A DNA stretch of 64,000 nt from Candidatus Aenigmatarchaeota archaeon (GTDB lineage: Archaea; Aenigmatarchaeota; Aenigmatarchaeia; CG10238-14), in the NCBI GenBank assembly GCA_018304545.1, contig JAGVVZ010000002.1, positions 99,740-163,739 of the forward strand, written 5' to 3'. The notes beneath the pieces are model-generated. The model had not been told where the DNA came from and did no database searches. It worked only from the letters and a program-made list of their open reading frames with translations. Both the position numbers and the translations under genes were made by a program. How positions within the stretch are numbered: the first letter of the stretch is position 1; each line of letters opens with the position of its first letter. Positions 1-9,946 of the stretch are shown piece after piece.

Positions 1-1023
1 CATTATTAATGACGATACTGAAATAATTGGTATTATGTATTTAGCATTGACATAATTTTCATTTGCAAATAATAGAATTACAGTATTGCCAAATATAGAA
101 AAAATAAAAATGATTGGAATAGTAAAAAACAAGGAGTACTTAATCGTATACTTTATCAATCTGAGAGACTGATTTTTTCTGCCACCAACTGATAATTCAG
201 ATAATATCGGGAATATAGATAAAGATAAAATATTAGGTATGACGGCAACAACAGAAGAAATCAGCATGCCTACACCAAAAACACCTGTTATTTTAACTGT
301 TTTTATTATCGATAAAATCACATACTGAGCATTTGTAAATAAAGAATTTGAAAATGTACTAAGCAATCCAGGAACACTATACTCAAAGAGTTTTTTGTCG
401 TTGAAGTTTTTTATTTTAAATGTTATCATTTTTGGTGTAAAAAGTAGTGCGAGCCAAATAATATTTCCGATTAGAAAACCTACAATAGGACCAAAATATC
501 CGAAACCGAGAAGGATTAAGAGAAAGGAAATTATAAGTCTTGATATGCCAAATGCACTACCAGATATAAAATATCTCTTCATATTCTGCATGCCATAAAC
601 AATATTACCAAAGAATATTGACAAAGAATAGAAAAACATTGAAATCACTGATAAAATCAAGATCGATACAGGCATTTTAAGTAAAATGGAAATTTGTTTG
701 AAATTAATGAGTATTATAATCGAAACAATGAAACTAGAAATTAATATTATAATAAAGGATCTAGAAACTATGTTTCTAGCTCTCTCGTGTTTCTTTTTTC
801 TAATATATTCAGGAATCAATTTTGCTATAGCTATGTTAAAACCTAATATAACTATACTTGATATAAAAACAGAAAAATTTATAGCTGTAAGAGATATACC
901 AAAATCTTCTTGTGTAAGATATTTTATTGATAAAAGTTGAAAGAAAAATGACGTCAAAGTCAAAATTCCCCAAACTAAAACCATATAAAACGTATTTGAA
1001 ACAGTTTTATTGAAAACGGACAT
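1..1023 (-). CDS. Wzx-like polysaccharide/oligosaccharide flippase (MOP superfamily), N-terminal 341 codons; gene continues past the left window edge
   Basis: Absent from the ORF track because no stop lies in the window. Hand translation of the reverse strand from ATG 1023..1021 is open for all 341 codons to nt 1 (MSVFNKTVSNTFYMVLVWGILTLTSFFFQLLSIKYL...). It is a continuous series of hydrophobic helices, and it abuts the stop of the next glycosyltransferase gene. Confidence 0.6.
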   Translation of the reverse strand, partial: MSVFNKTVSNTFYMVLVWGILTLTSFFFQLLSIKYLTQEDFGISLTAINFSVFISSIVILGFNIAIAKLIPEYIRKKKHERARNIVSRSFIIILISSFIVSIIILINFKQISILLKMPVSILILSVISMFFYSLSIFFGNIVYGMQNMKRYFISGSAFGISRLIISFLLILLGFGYFGPIVGFLIGNIIWLALLFTPKMITFKIKNFNDKKLFEYSVPGLLSTFSNSLFTNAQYVILSIIKTVKITGVFGVGMLISSVVAVIPNILSLSIFPILSELSVGGRKNQSLRLIKYTIKYSLFFTIPIIFIFSIFGNTVILLFANENYVNAKYIIPIISVSSLIM

Positions 1024-2151
1024 TTATATACCTTTCACAACATTTTTATAAACATTTAATATATTTTTGATCATTTTTTCTTTGGTAAAATACATTTTCA
1101 CTCTTTTGTATGCATTATAACCCATCTTTAGTCTCAAACCTTTATCATTTAGTAGTTTACCTATGGCGTCTGATAAAGATTCTATATCTTTTGGTTTTAC
1201 AACAATACCAGTCGTATTATTAATATTAACATAGGTAATACCACTACCTTTTATATTTGTCGAAATAACAGGTTTTTTGAAACACATTGCTTCTAGTTGC
1301 ACTATTCCAAAAGCCTCTGATTTAAAAACTGACGGCAAAATGAAAATTTCGCAAGAATTATAATATTTCAATATATCTTTATCAGGTATTTTACCTAAAA
1401 ATTTTATATATTTATTTAACTTCAATTTGCGTGTTAAATCAATCAAATTATTTTTCAATTCGCCATCTCCAACAATATAAAGAATAAAATCTTTTCTTTT
1501 TACAGATAACATTTTAATTGCATTTATAAGATAGTATAACCCCTTGTAGCGAAACAATCTACCTACATAAAGTAAAACGTGTTTATCTGTTTTTATTTTA
1601 TCATTAGTCTTGAATTTCGTATAATCTATACTCAATGGCACAACAGAAGTTTTGTTTCTAAATAAATATAGAGCAAAGGATCCATGAATATAATTTTCAC
1701 TTGTAGCCATTATTTTTTTAGAAAAAAACAATAACGGTAACAAATACATATATCTTATTATATTGCCCACAAAATGTACTATTGTGTAATTTACAACATC
1801 AGAATGATAAGTGACAACTATTTTTGAATTAGGATATTTTAAAAAATAAAATAGTAAATTAAGTTCAAACCACGGATTAGGTATATGCAAATGAATCAAA
1901 TCTGGATTTGCGTCTTCTATTAATTTTATTATTGGTAAAGTAAGAGGTGTTCTAAAGATATTATAAATCCTGGGCAATCTTATTACATCTATATTATCTA
2001 TTCTCTCTCTTTTGAATTTATTTGAATTATTAAAAACTACGACTATAACCTCGTTTTTTAATTTAACAATTTCCTTAGCCACAACATAAGTAAACCTTTC
2101 AACGCCACCTATATCGGGTGGAAAATATTTACCTAGGTGAAGTATTTTCAT
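1024..2151 (-). CDS. Glycosyltransferase, GT4 (GT-B fold)
   Basis: 375 aa. N-terminal MKILHLGKYFPPDIGGVE and C-terminal SEAFGIVQLEAMCFKKPVIST (E-x7-E) are GT4 hallmarks. Confidence 0.85.
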   Translation of the reverse strand: MKILHLGKYFPPDIGGVERFTYVVAKEIVKLKNEVIVVVFNNSNKFKRERIDNIDVIRLPRIYNIFRTPLTLPIIKLIEDANPDLIHLHIPNPWFELNLLFYFLKYPNSKIVVTYHSDVVNYTIVHFVGNIIRYMYLLPLLFFSKKIMATSENYIHGSFALYLFRNKTSVVPLSIDYTKFKTNDKIKTDKHVLLYVGRLFRYKGLYYLINAIKMLSVKRKDFILYIVGDGELKNNLIDLTRKLKLNKYIKFLGKIPDKDILKYYNSCEIFILPSVFKSEAFGIVQLEAMCFKKPVISTNIKGSGITYVNINNTTGIVVKPKDIESLSDAIGKLLNDKGLRLKMGYNAYKRVKMYFTKEKMIKNILNVYKNVVKGI

Positions 2152-3118
2152 TTTTATACCAACCTCTCTTGAAAAACAAAAATAAACCTGTAGACCATCC
2201 TAACATCCATGCTATTGTCCTAACAATCAAAATTGTTAGTATTAATGGGGAATCTTCTATTTTACTGGACACACTAACTGTTTCTTTAAAATATAATAAA
2301 AAAAGAATTATAAAAGATATTATAGATATTTTTAAAAAAAATACATTTAACAACGATAGGATCAAAGAAAATGAAAGAATAAATGACAAGCCTAAAGTTA
2401 GAGCCATAGAAGTTGTAGATATGTGATCTCCCAAAATTTTATCCTTGTGTTTCCAATATAAAAAAATGTTTATCAAAGCATTGTTAAATTGTTGCCTAAA
2501 AAATTTTATCAAGGTTGGTCTATGATAATGATAAACAATAGCGCTCGGCACATATTTCATTTTACCTAGTTTTGTTAATCTATAGCCAAAATCTGATTCC
2601 CATGACCAAACAAATCTATCGTCAAACATTACTTTTTTAGCAAAATTTGTTCTAACACATAAATTCATATCAGGACCTCTATATACAAAGGTTGGGGATT
2701 TCAAAAAACGGCTTTCTAGCTCTTTACCTATTATAGTTTGAAGTTTATTTAATCCACGAGGTGTGGCGCAATAACCCGTAGTTGCTACGATATCGTTTGA
2801 ATCAAAATTAGAAATCAGTTTTTTTAACCAGTTTTTTTCGACCACACAATCAGAATTAGTGTAGGCAATAAATTGTGCTTTAGTGTGTTTAATTATAAAA
2901 TTATGGAGTCTAGGAACTGTGCCTGGCATTTTTATTAGATTTATTTTTTTATTATAATTTTTTAATATTTCATAAGTGTTATCGTCTGATATGTTGTCTA
3001 TAATAAAAATTTCTTTGTTTTTATAATCCAAATTTAGCAGTGAGTTTATACATTTAGTTATAGTATTTTCTGAATTTTTTACAGGAACAAATATAGTTAC
3101 ACTGGGTTCTTTTTTCAT
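2129..3118 (-). CDS. Glycosyltransferase, GT2 (GT-A fold) with C-terminal transmembrane helices
   Basis: 329 aa. VTIFVPVKNSENTI...EIFIIDNISDDNT is a GT2 N-terminal signature. The C-terminal about 90 aa are hydrophobic (LTLGLSFILSFSLILSLLNVFF...). Confidence 0.8.
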   Translation of the reverse strand: MKKEPSVTIFVPVKNSENTITKCINSLLNLDYKNKEIFIIDNISDDNTYEILKNYNKKINLIKMPGTVPRLHNFIIKHTKAQFIAYTNSDCVVEKNWLKKLISNFDSNDIVATTGYCATPRGLNKLQTIIGKELESRFLKSPTFVYRGPDMNLCVRTNFAKKVMFDDRFVWSWESDFGYRLTKLGKMKYVPSAIVYHYHRPTLIKFFRQQFNNALINIFLYWKHKDKILGDHISTTSMALTLGLSFILSFSLILSLLNVFFLKISIISFIILFLLYFKETVSVSSKIEDSPLILTILIVRTIAWMLGWSTGLFLFFKRGWYKNENTSPR

Positions 3119-3672
3119 TTAATCACTTCCAATTCCACATACATTTCTCCCGCTGGTATTAATCTACATAAAAATTTTTCATAAAATTTATGATTGATGT
3201 TTAAAAGTGGATAAAAAATTATGTTTAGAAAACTAAATTTAGAAAATTTTCTAACAAAATACAATTTAATTTTTTTCAATCTAAATTTTTCTTTTATAAA
3301 TTGATTCTCCGCATTTTCATACGTAAAATGTAAAAATGAATTGACAGTAAAATATCTAACATGACCTATATGTCCAAAGGCTGACAAATCTGATGCGTGG
3401 GGCGTCCAAATATATAAAATTCCGTTATTTTTAGATATTCTATGTATCTCTGACATAATTTTATGTAAATTTTCTATATGTTCTAATATATGACTAGCAA
3501 TTACCTTATCGAATATATTCGATTTAAATGGTAAGTTACTAGATTCTAATTCCGCTAATAAATCAGCATTATCAGAAAAATATTTATCTAGACCAAAAAT
3601 TGTATCATTTTCATTACCAGAATCGTATTTTTTTAACCCGCATCCTATGTCTAGAATATTAATTTTTACCAC
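3115..3672 (-). CDS. Class I SAM-dependent methyltransferase
   Basis: 185 aa. Has the ILDIGCGLKK glycine-rich motif I and FDKVIASHILEHI. 4-nt overlap with the downstream GT2 and 14-nt overlap with the upstream GT4. Confidence 0.75.
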   Translation of the reverse strand: MVKINILDIGCGLKKYDSGNENDTIFGLDKYFSDNADLLAELESSNLPFKSNIFDKVIASHILEHIENLHKIMSEIHRISKNNGILYIWTPHASDLSAFGHIGHVRYFTVNSFLHFTYENAENQFIKEKFRLKKIKLYFVRKFSKFSFLNIIFYPLLNINHKFYEKFLCRLIPAGEMYVELEVIK

Positions 3673-4801
3673 CGTTTAAGTTAATGTATATTTCTTCAGT
3701 TTTTTTACTTGTTTTTACCCAACTAAAGTTCTCGGAGTATTTTCTTCCATTATGACCTAATTCATATCTAAGTTTCTTGTTCTTTATCAATTTTAATAAA
3801 TTCTCTGTTAAATCGTTAACATTTCTTGGTCTTACTATTAGTGCTGTCTTATTTCTCAAAACAGCATTAGTATCTTCTAATATAGTAGAAGCAACAACAG
3901 GTTTCCCGCAAGCGCCTGCCTCAAGACAAGTTAAGCTTAATCCCTCTGTATCTATACTTGGAAGAACAAAAACATCTGATGCAATATACCATTTGGGTAT
4001 TTCTTTATATGAAACTGAACCAGCAAATATTATTTTATCGTTAAGTTTGAACCTATCTACCAAATCAATTAATTTTTGTTTATAGCCTGGATATATTTCC
4101 ATACCAACTAATACCAATTTAAATTTAGAAAATTTCTTACTTAAATTATATAGAGATTCTATCAAGTATTCCAATCCTTTTTTGGGATATAACATACCTA
4201 CAAATAAAATTAAGAACTTATTCTTTATATTAAGTTTTTTGCGAATATTACCTCTTATTCTTAAGTTGAATTTATGTGTATCTAAACCATAAGGGATAAC
4301 TTCTATATTTTTATTGGAAACTCCTAAAAATCTAACCAATTGATTTTTAACACCTGGGCTTACTGTAATAACTTTATTGGAAAATTTACAAACAATTTTC
4401 TTCAAAATGCGTCTAGAAGCCCTACCAAACCACGACCATTGAGGATTAAATCTAATAAATCCTGTGTCATGAATTGTTGTTACCAATGGTTTACCTTTAA
4501 AAAATTTAATAAAGATTCCGGATAAACCAGAAATTTCTGTATTAGCATGTATCACATCAAATTTTTGTTTTAAAGCTATTTTTATGGAATTTATAATGAA
4601 ATGTAAGAAAGATACTGTTCTGTTTTTTGTTTTTAATGAATTTATTTGAAATATATTATCTTGTTCTTTTCTTTTAGGATTAGAATGAACAATACAGATA
4701 ATTTCATGTTTTTTGCTAAGATTGTCATATAATTCATTAATATAAGTTTCCGTTCCACCTATCGCTGGTTTAAAACCCCTAGTTATAAACAAAATTTTCA
4801 T
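3659..4801 (-). CDS. Glycosyltransferase, GT4
   Basis: 380 aa. MKILFITRGFKPAIGGTE... and TEGLSLTCLEAGACGKPVVAS (E-x7-E). Confidence 0.85.
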   Translation of the reverse strand: MKILFITRGFKPAIGGTETYINELYDNLSKKHEIICIVHSNPKRKEQDNIFQINSLKTKNRTVSFLHFIINSIKIALKQKFDVIHANTEISGLSGIFIKFFKGKPLVTTIHDTGFIRFNPQWSWFGRASRRILKKIVCKFSNKVITVSPGVKNQLVRFLGVSNKNIEVIPYGLDTHKFNLRIRGNIRKKLNIKNKFLILFVGMLYPKKGLEYLIESLYNLSKKFSKFKLVLVGMEIYPGYKQKLIDLVDRFKLNDKIIFAGSVSYKEIPKWYIASDVFVLPSIDTEGLSLTCLEAGACGKPVVASTILEDTNAVLRNKTALIVRPRNVNDLTENLLKLIKNKKLRYELGHNGRKYSENFSWVKTSKKTEEIYINLNGGKN

Positions 4802-5278
4802 TTAATCGCCTAAATTATCAATAAATTTTAAAATTTTTTGTACGATATTACCCTGTTTGTACGATTTAATTTTGAGTTTCTTTACTGATTTAATAGCTCG
4901 CTCTAGGTAATTTATATCATAGATACAAATTGCTTTCTTATCATTTTCTAAAACTTTGGCTAGCTGCATTTGATGATCGTTAGTATGTTCATTAAACCTT
5001 CTTTGCCTAGGAACAACAATTATTGGTTTTTTATATCTAATACAAGATAATACTGTACCAATACCGCAATGCGTAATTATTATGTCAGAATTTTTTATAA
5101 TATTTAGTGTTTCATCGTAAGGAATAAATTTATACGTCTTTTTTATATTTTTAGGTTTATAATTAGAATATCCCAATTGGACAATAAATTCATGTTTATT
5201 TTTAGCTGATATTTCATCTACTTTTTTTATCAATCTATCAAACTGTTGCTCGTGTGTACCTACAGTAACAAATATCAT
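4802..5278 (-). CDS. Alg13 / Cps14G-like glycosyltransferase catalytic subunit (Glyco_tran_28_C type)
   Basis: 158 aa. The MIFVTVGTHEQQFDRLIKKVD N-terminus is typical of Alg13/EpsF/Cps14G. 4-nt overlap with the Alg14-like gene. Confidence 0.7.
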   Translation of the reverse strand: MIFVTVGTHEQQFDRLIKKVDEISAKNKHEFIVQLGYSNYKPKNIKKTYKFIPYDETLNIIKNSDIIITHCGIGTVLSCIRYKKPIIVVPRQRRFNEHTNDHQMQLAKVLENDKKAICIYDINYLERAIKSVKKLKIKSYKQGNIVQKILKFIDNLGD

Positions 5279-5739
5279 ATAAGCAAACCACCATATTGAG
5301 CCTTCTTACCATAATAATTTAACAAATATTTCCACTGAACAAAAAACAAATCAGCAAATGGATATAATATTCTACCACACAAAGAAGGTTTAAAAACCTG
5401 AGCCGAGCATTCCGTATATATTAATTTCGATCTAAACACTAATTTACCTAATATCGATATCGGAACTGTAAAGCCTGCACCTGTAGATACAATTATATCT
5501 GGCTTCTCTTTCAACAAGATAGTAATTGATTTTAAAATTATTCTAAAATAGGATAGTGGGTTACGTCTAGGATTTGTATTAAAATACACACTATAATCTC
5601 CCAAAGATTCTTTTATATGACTAATATAAAATGTGAAAAAAAATATTTTATGATTTTTTAATTCCTTTGCTATTTGTAAAGCTTCTGTTAAGTGTCCGCC
5701 AGCACTTGAAGTAATGCATATTTTCATTTTTATTACCAT
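5275..5739 (-). CDS. Alg14 / Cps14F-like glycosyltransferase accessory subunit
   Basis: 154 aa. Has the KICITSSAGGHLTEALQIAKEL motif (SSGGH-type) characteristic of the Alg14 family. Confidence 0.65.
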   Translation of the reverse strand: MVIKMKICITSSAGGHLTEALQIAKELKNHKIFFFTFYISHIKESLGDYSVYFNTNPRRNPLSYFRIILKSITILLKEKPDIIVSTGAGFTVPISILGKLVFRSKLIYTECSAQVFKPSLCGRILYPFADLFFVQWKYLLNYYGKKAQYGGLLI

Positions 5740-5793
5740 TTTTATATTTTTCTTTATAATAATACTAAGAGAAAAGTTCTAAAAGGTGGTGTT

Positions 5794-6840
5794 TTGATTA
5801 AAAATATGTTAATAATATGTGACATAGATTCTGGGGGCATATTTAATTATGCTAAACCACTTTATGAAAAATTAAAAAATGTGAAAAAAATTGATTTTTA
5901 TTATAGAACTGGTGGTTTTTTTAATAGAATTATATATTACTTGAATTTGATAAGAAAATTAAATAAGACGTATCAGTTCATAGATATCCAATCACTATCG
6001 TGGCCAATGACATTGCTAGTTATATTAATTAAAAAACTTAGCGATTCATTCAAATTGGTGTTTGAATCTCACGATGATCCATTAACTACCAGAACTAAAT
6101 ATAGACCAATGTTTATAAGAAAACTCATACTAAAAAATAGTGACTTGATAATAGCTCATTCAAAATACAATGAAAGAATAATTAAAAATTTGGGATTTAA
6201 AAATGTTTTTTATATACCATTAGGTCCGTATGTTGAAAAACCAAAAAAAATATCTCAAAATAGAGCAAAATCTATCATCAATATTAACCTGAATAAAAGA
6301 ATTCTGTTATTCTTTGGTATAATAACACCTGACAAGGGGTTAGATGTTCTTTTAAGAGCTCTGAAAATTGTAAGCGAAAGAGAAAAAAATATTTTACTTT
6401 TAATTGTTGGATCAGTAAAAAAAGAATGGGTAAGATGGGAAGATTATGAAAAATTGATATTAAATCTGAATATTAAAAATTTTATCAAAACAAAATTAGA
6501 ATATATAGGTTTGGATAAACTAACACCTTATATGTATGCTAGCGACATTATTATAATGCCTTATAGGGAAATAACAAATAGTTCTATTCCTTTTGTAACG
6601 TATGAATTTAAAAAACCTATTATAGCCACAAATATCGGTGCCACAAAAGAAATAGTAATAGATAATAAAACGGGGTTATTAGTTGAGAAAGAAAACGAAA
6701 AAGAATTAGCTAAAAAAATATTAAAGATTATTAATAACAAAAAAATATTAAAAAAAATGGGCGATGAAGGATTCAAATTATTAAATACTAAGTATTCTTG
6801 GAATACAATATCTAAAAAATATTTATTTACATTAAGATGA
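5794..6840 (+). CDS. Glycosyltransferase, GT4
   Basis: 348 aa. C-terminal half has ...IIMPYREITNSSIPFVTYEFKKPIIATNIGATKEIV..., a GT-B donor-binding region. The start may instead be ATG 5806. Confidence 0.75.
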   Translation: MIKNMLIICDIDSGGIFNYAKPLYEKLKNVKKIDFYYRTGGFFNRIIYYLNLIRKLNKTYQFIDIQSLSWPMTLLVILIKKLSDSFKLVFESHDDPLTTRTKYRPMFIRKLILKNSDLIIAHSKYNERIIKNLGFKNVFYIPLGPYVEKPKKISQNRAKSIININLNKRILLFFGIITPDKGLDVLLRALKIVSEREKNILLLIVGSVKKEWVRWEDYEKLILNLNIKNFIKTKLEYIGLDKLTPYMYASDIIIMPYREITNSSIPFVTYEFKKPIIATNIGATKEIVIDNKTGLLVEKENEKELAKKILKIINNKKILKKMGDEGFKLLNTKYSWNTISKKYLFTLR

Positions 6841-6844
6841 TAAC

Positions 6845-7384
6845 TTGGCAGAGTTAAATTATCCAAAAAATGAAATAGAATATTATTGGAGTTTTTTTGA
6901 TAAGTGCAAAATTATATTAGATGTTGGTTGCGGAACTGGTTGGTTTACAGAATTTAAAAATATAGCTATCGGTATGGACATATATACAAAAAGGTTTATT
7001 CGTGGAGACGTTAGGAAACTACCATTCAAAAAAACATCATTCGATGGAATATTTGCATCTCATATAATAGAACATACTAAAAATCCATCGGTCTGTATCA
7101 AAGAATTTAAAAGAGTATTAAAAAAGAAAGGTATTTTATTAATAAGAATACCGCAAGGTAAATACAAATATCCGGAATCTGATCCAACGCATAAATATAT
7201 GTTCACAAAAGAATCTTTAGAAAAGATAGTAAAAAAAGAAAATTTTAAAATTTTAAGTATTTGGCAAAGATATCAATTTAAAGGTATGTATAAACTACCA
7301 TCTAAAATAGCGTTACCAATTTCATTTTTTTTAGGAAATTTTCTAGAGCCAACAGAAATATTATTACTAGCCAGTTATGATTAG
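6845..7384 (+). CDS. Class I SAM-dependent methyltransferase
   Basis: 179 aa. ILDVGCGTGWF motif I, FDGIFASHIIEH, KKKGILLIRIP. Confidence 0.75.
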   Translation: MAELNYPKNEIEYYWSFFDKCKIILDVGCGTGWFTEFKNIAIGMDIYTKRFIRGDVRKLPFKKTSFDGIFASHIIEHTKNPSVCIKEFKRVLKKKGILLIRIPQGKYKYPESDPTHKYMFTKESLEKIVKKENFKILSIWQRYQFKGMYKLPSKIALPISFFLGNFLEPTEILLLASYD

Positions 7385-8459
7385 TATGAAAGTTGCTATA
7401 GTTACGGATTTTAAACCAGAAAGTGGATTGGGTAGATATGCTTTTGAGCTTCATAAGAATACAAAAAATACAAAACTATTTTATTTTAATTCTTCAGATA
7501 AAAAAGTAAACAAAGACATAGAAGTATTTAAAAAGGCCAATTATCCTATTCTAAAAACTACTTTAAATGAAATGTTTTATATACCAAACAAATTAAAAAA
7601 TTTAAGTAATTATGACGTAGTGCATGCGTCAAATCAGTTTTTATCTAAAATAAATGTAAACACAAAAAAAGTAATAACTGTACATGATATTAATTCATTA
7701 TTTTGTAGTGATTTCCATCCAATAATAAACTATTTTCACAAAAAAATATATGACAAAATAGATAATTTCAATCAAATAATAGCTGTGTCTAAAAACACAA
7801 AAAGACAATTACAAGAATATTATAATTTTGACAAAAAAAATATAGAAGTTATTTATGAAGGGATTGACAAAAAAAGGTTCAAACCAAGAAACAAGATAGA
7901 ATCTAGATCAAAATTAAAACTTCCGTTGGATAAAAAAATAATATTGCATGTAGGATCAAGTTTAGGTAGAAAAAACGTAGAGGGCGTAATAAAAATTTTT
8001 TACAAAATTAAAAAAATAGAAAAAAATAGTATTCTTATTAGAATAGGAGATTCCAATAGAAGAATAGACACACTAATAAACAATTACAACTTGAACAACT
8101 CTGTAATACAATTAAATAACGTGTCAGAAAATCTCCTTGCATTATATTATAATTCTTCGGATCTGTTCGTATTTCCGTCATATTTTGAAGGTTTTGGCTT
8201 TCCAATATTAGAAGCTATGGCATCAGGAGTAGCAATAATAGCCTCAAATAGATCGTCAATACCAGAACTTGTTGAAAATAAAGAATTTCTTTTTAATCCA
8301 AATAACATGAATTTATTTGCAAAAGCGGCTATTGAAATTTTATCAAATAATAAACTGAAATATGAAATAATTCAAAAAAATTTAAAAAAAGCAAAAAAAT
8401 TTGATTGGAAAATAACAGCAAAAAAAACTTATAAAATATATAAAAGGTGTTTAAGCTGA
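7377..8459 (+). CDS. Glycosyltransferase, GT4
   Basis: 360 aa. FPSYFEGFGFPILEAMASGVAIIASNRSSIPELV (E-x7-E). Confidence 0.85.
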   Translation: MISMKVAIVTDFKPESGLGRYAFELHKNTKNTKLFYFNSSDKKVNKDIEVFKKANYPILKTTLNEMFYIPNKLKNLSNYDVVHASNQFLSKINVNTKKVITVHDINSLFCSDFHPIINYFHKKIYDKIDNFNQIIAVSKNTKRQLQEYYNFDKKNIEVIYEGIDKKRFKPRNKIESRSKLKLPLDKKIILHVGSSLGRKNVEGVIKIFYKIKKIEKNSILIRIGDSNRRIDTLINNYNLNNSVIQLNNVSENLLALYYNSSDLFVFPSYFEGFGFPILEAMASGVAIIASNRSSIPELVENKEFLFNPNNMNLFAKAAIEILSNNKLKYEIIQKNLKKAKKFDWKITAKKTYKIYKRCLS

Positions 8460-9946
8460 GAATAAATTTTATAATAATAACTATTTTTTTATTATTTTTA
8501 CTAATAAGATTACTAATAACACAAAATTATGTTTGGGGCGCAGACGAAGGAACGCATTTATTGATAGGATTTTTCATAAAAGATATAATAAGTAATTTAA
8601 AAAATTTTGATTCAATAAAAGATTTAGCGAATTTTGCAACAAATTTTGTTGTAAAATATCCAAAGGTGACCCCAAGTTATCCGCCAATATATCATATTTT
8701 TATAGCATCTATATTATTTTTTTCAGAAAATATTATAGTATTAAGAATATTCAATATAGTAATTTTACTATTAACATCATACATAATATACCTAATATCT
8801 AAAGAAATAATAAAAGATGAAAAATATTCTATACTAGGTATAGTAATTTTTTTAACCTTTTCTAGCATGTTTCATTATGCAGATAAAATAATGACGGACA
8901 TAATACAGATTCTAGTATTTTCACTCACAATATTTTATTACATAAAGTTAAAAAATAAAAAATCTACAAACAAAATAGAATATATAAAACTTGGTGTATT
9001 ATTAGCAGTTTCTATGTTGACAAAATTCTTTTCGTTTTTTCTGTATCCAATAATATTTTTAGATTCTATATTATCAAATAAAAAACTATTAAAATACATA
9101 ATATTAGCGTTTGTTGTGTCATTCATAATATTATCACCTTATGGGTTTTTAGTATGGAAATTTAAATTATATAAATTAATTGTCCACATTGCAACCACAC
9201 CATTCGGAAGCAAGTTAAGATATTTTGATTTAAATTTAAATTTCGGATATATACTAGGTCCATTTGTGGCAATATCACTAATATACTTTATGTTAAAAAA
9301 TCATAAAAATTATTTTTACTTTATTTGGTTATTAATACCAATGATAACATTCATGTTATTCGCAGACTCTGACAATAGATTTGCGTTTTTATTAATGCCG
9401 ATATATATTATATCATCTGTTTACTCAATAAAAGAATTATCTAACAAATATAAAAAATATAATAAAATAATATTTTTAATATTTTTTGCTCTAATATTTG
9501 CACAAACTGTTATCAATATAAAAAATAATTACATAAAAGAAAGATATCCTGTAAACGAAATAATGAACATAACAAAAACAGGAGGAAACGTGTTAATACT
9601 TTCAGAGAATCCAATTTTTTCCTCTATTTATGTATTATATGGTAGAATAAATAATATAGAAGGTAATGTAATTAGGCCTTGCATATTTTGGGAAAACAAC
9701 TTATCTAAAAAGTTATTAAATGATTGGGGAATAGAGTATATAATAGATCAAAAAAATAATATGAATAAAAAAGAGTTAGAAATAGAAAAAATTTTCGAAG
9801 GAAGAGCAAATAATGAAATATTTATTTTGTACAAAAATAAGAAATTTAATAATATAGATTGTAATTATATTTGTATATTAAAAGGCGAATTATGTAAAAA
9901 CGACGGATTAAATACAGTTTTAGAATTAATAAAAAATATTAATTAG
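8447..9946 (+). CDS. GT-C-like integral membrane glycosyltransferase (ArnT/PMT-like)
   Basis: 499 aa, about 11-12 hydrophobic helices. Acidic motif WGADEGTH directly after TM1, as in GT39/GT83 enzymes. Soluble C-terminal about 130 aa. Confidence 0.55.
   Translation: MFKLRINFIIITIFLLFLLIRLLITQNYVWGADEGTHLLIGFFIKDIISNLKNFDSIKDLANFATNFVVKYPKVTPSYPPIYHIFIASILFFSENIIVLRIFNIVILLLTSYIIYLISKEIIKDEKYSILGIVIFLTFSSMFHYADKIMTDIIQILVFSLTIFYYIKLKNKKSTNKIEYIKLGVLLAVSMLTKFFSFFLYPIIFLDSILSNKKLLKYIILAFVVSFIILSPYGFLVWKFKLYKLIVHIATTPFGSKLRYFDLNLNFGYILGPFVAISLIYFMLKNHKNYFYFIWLLIPMITFMLFADSDNRFAFLLMPIYIISSVYSIKELSNKYKKYNKIIFLIFFALIFAQTVINIKNNYIKERYPVNEIMNITKTGGNVLILSENPIFSSIYVLYGRINNIEGNVIRPCIFWENNLSKKLLNDWGIEYIIDQKNNMNKKELEIEKIFEGRANNEIFILYKNKKFNNIDCNYICILKGELCKNDGLNTVLELIKNIN

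Noticed and set aside
395-940. Track ORFs 395..598 and 686..940 on the plus strand
   Set aside because: They lie antisense to a 341-codon open reading frame (1..1023, minus strand) that encodes a coherent Wzx-like polytopic protein. Their translations are low-complexity and typical of shadow ORFs in AT-rich DNA.
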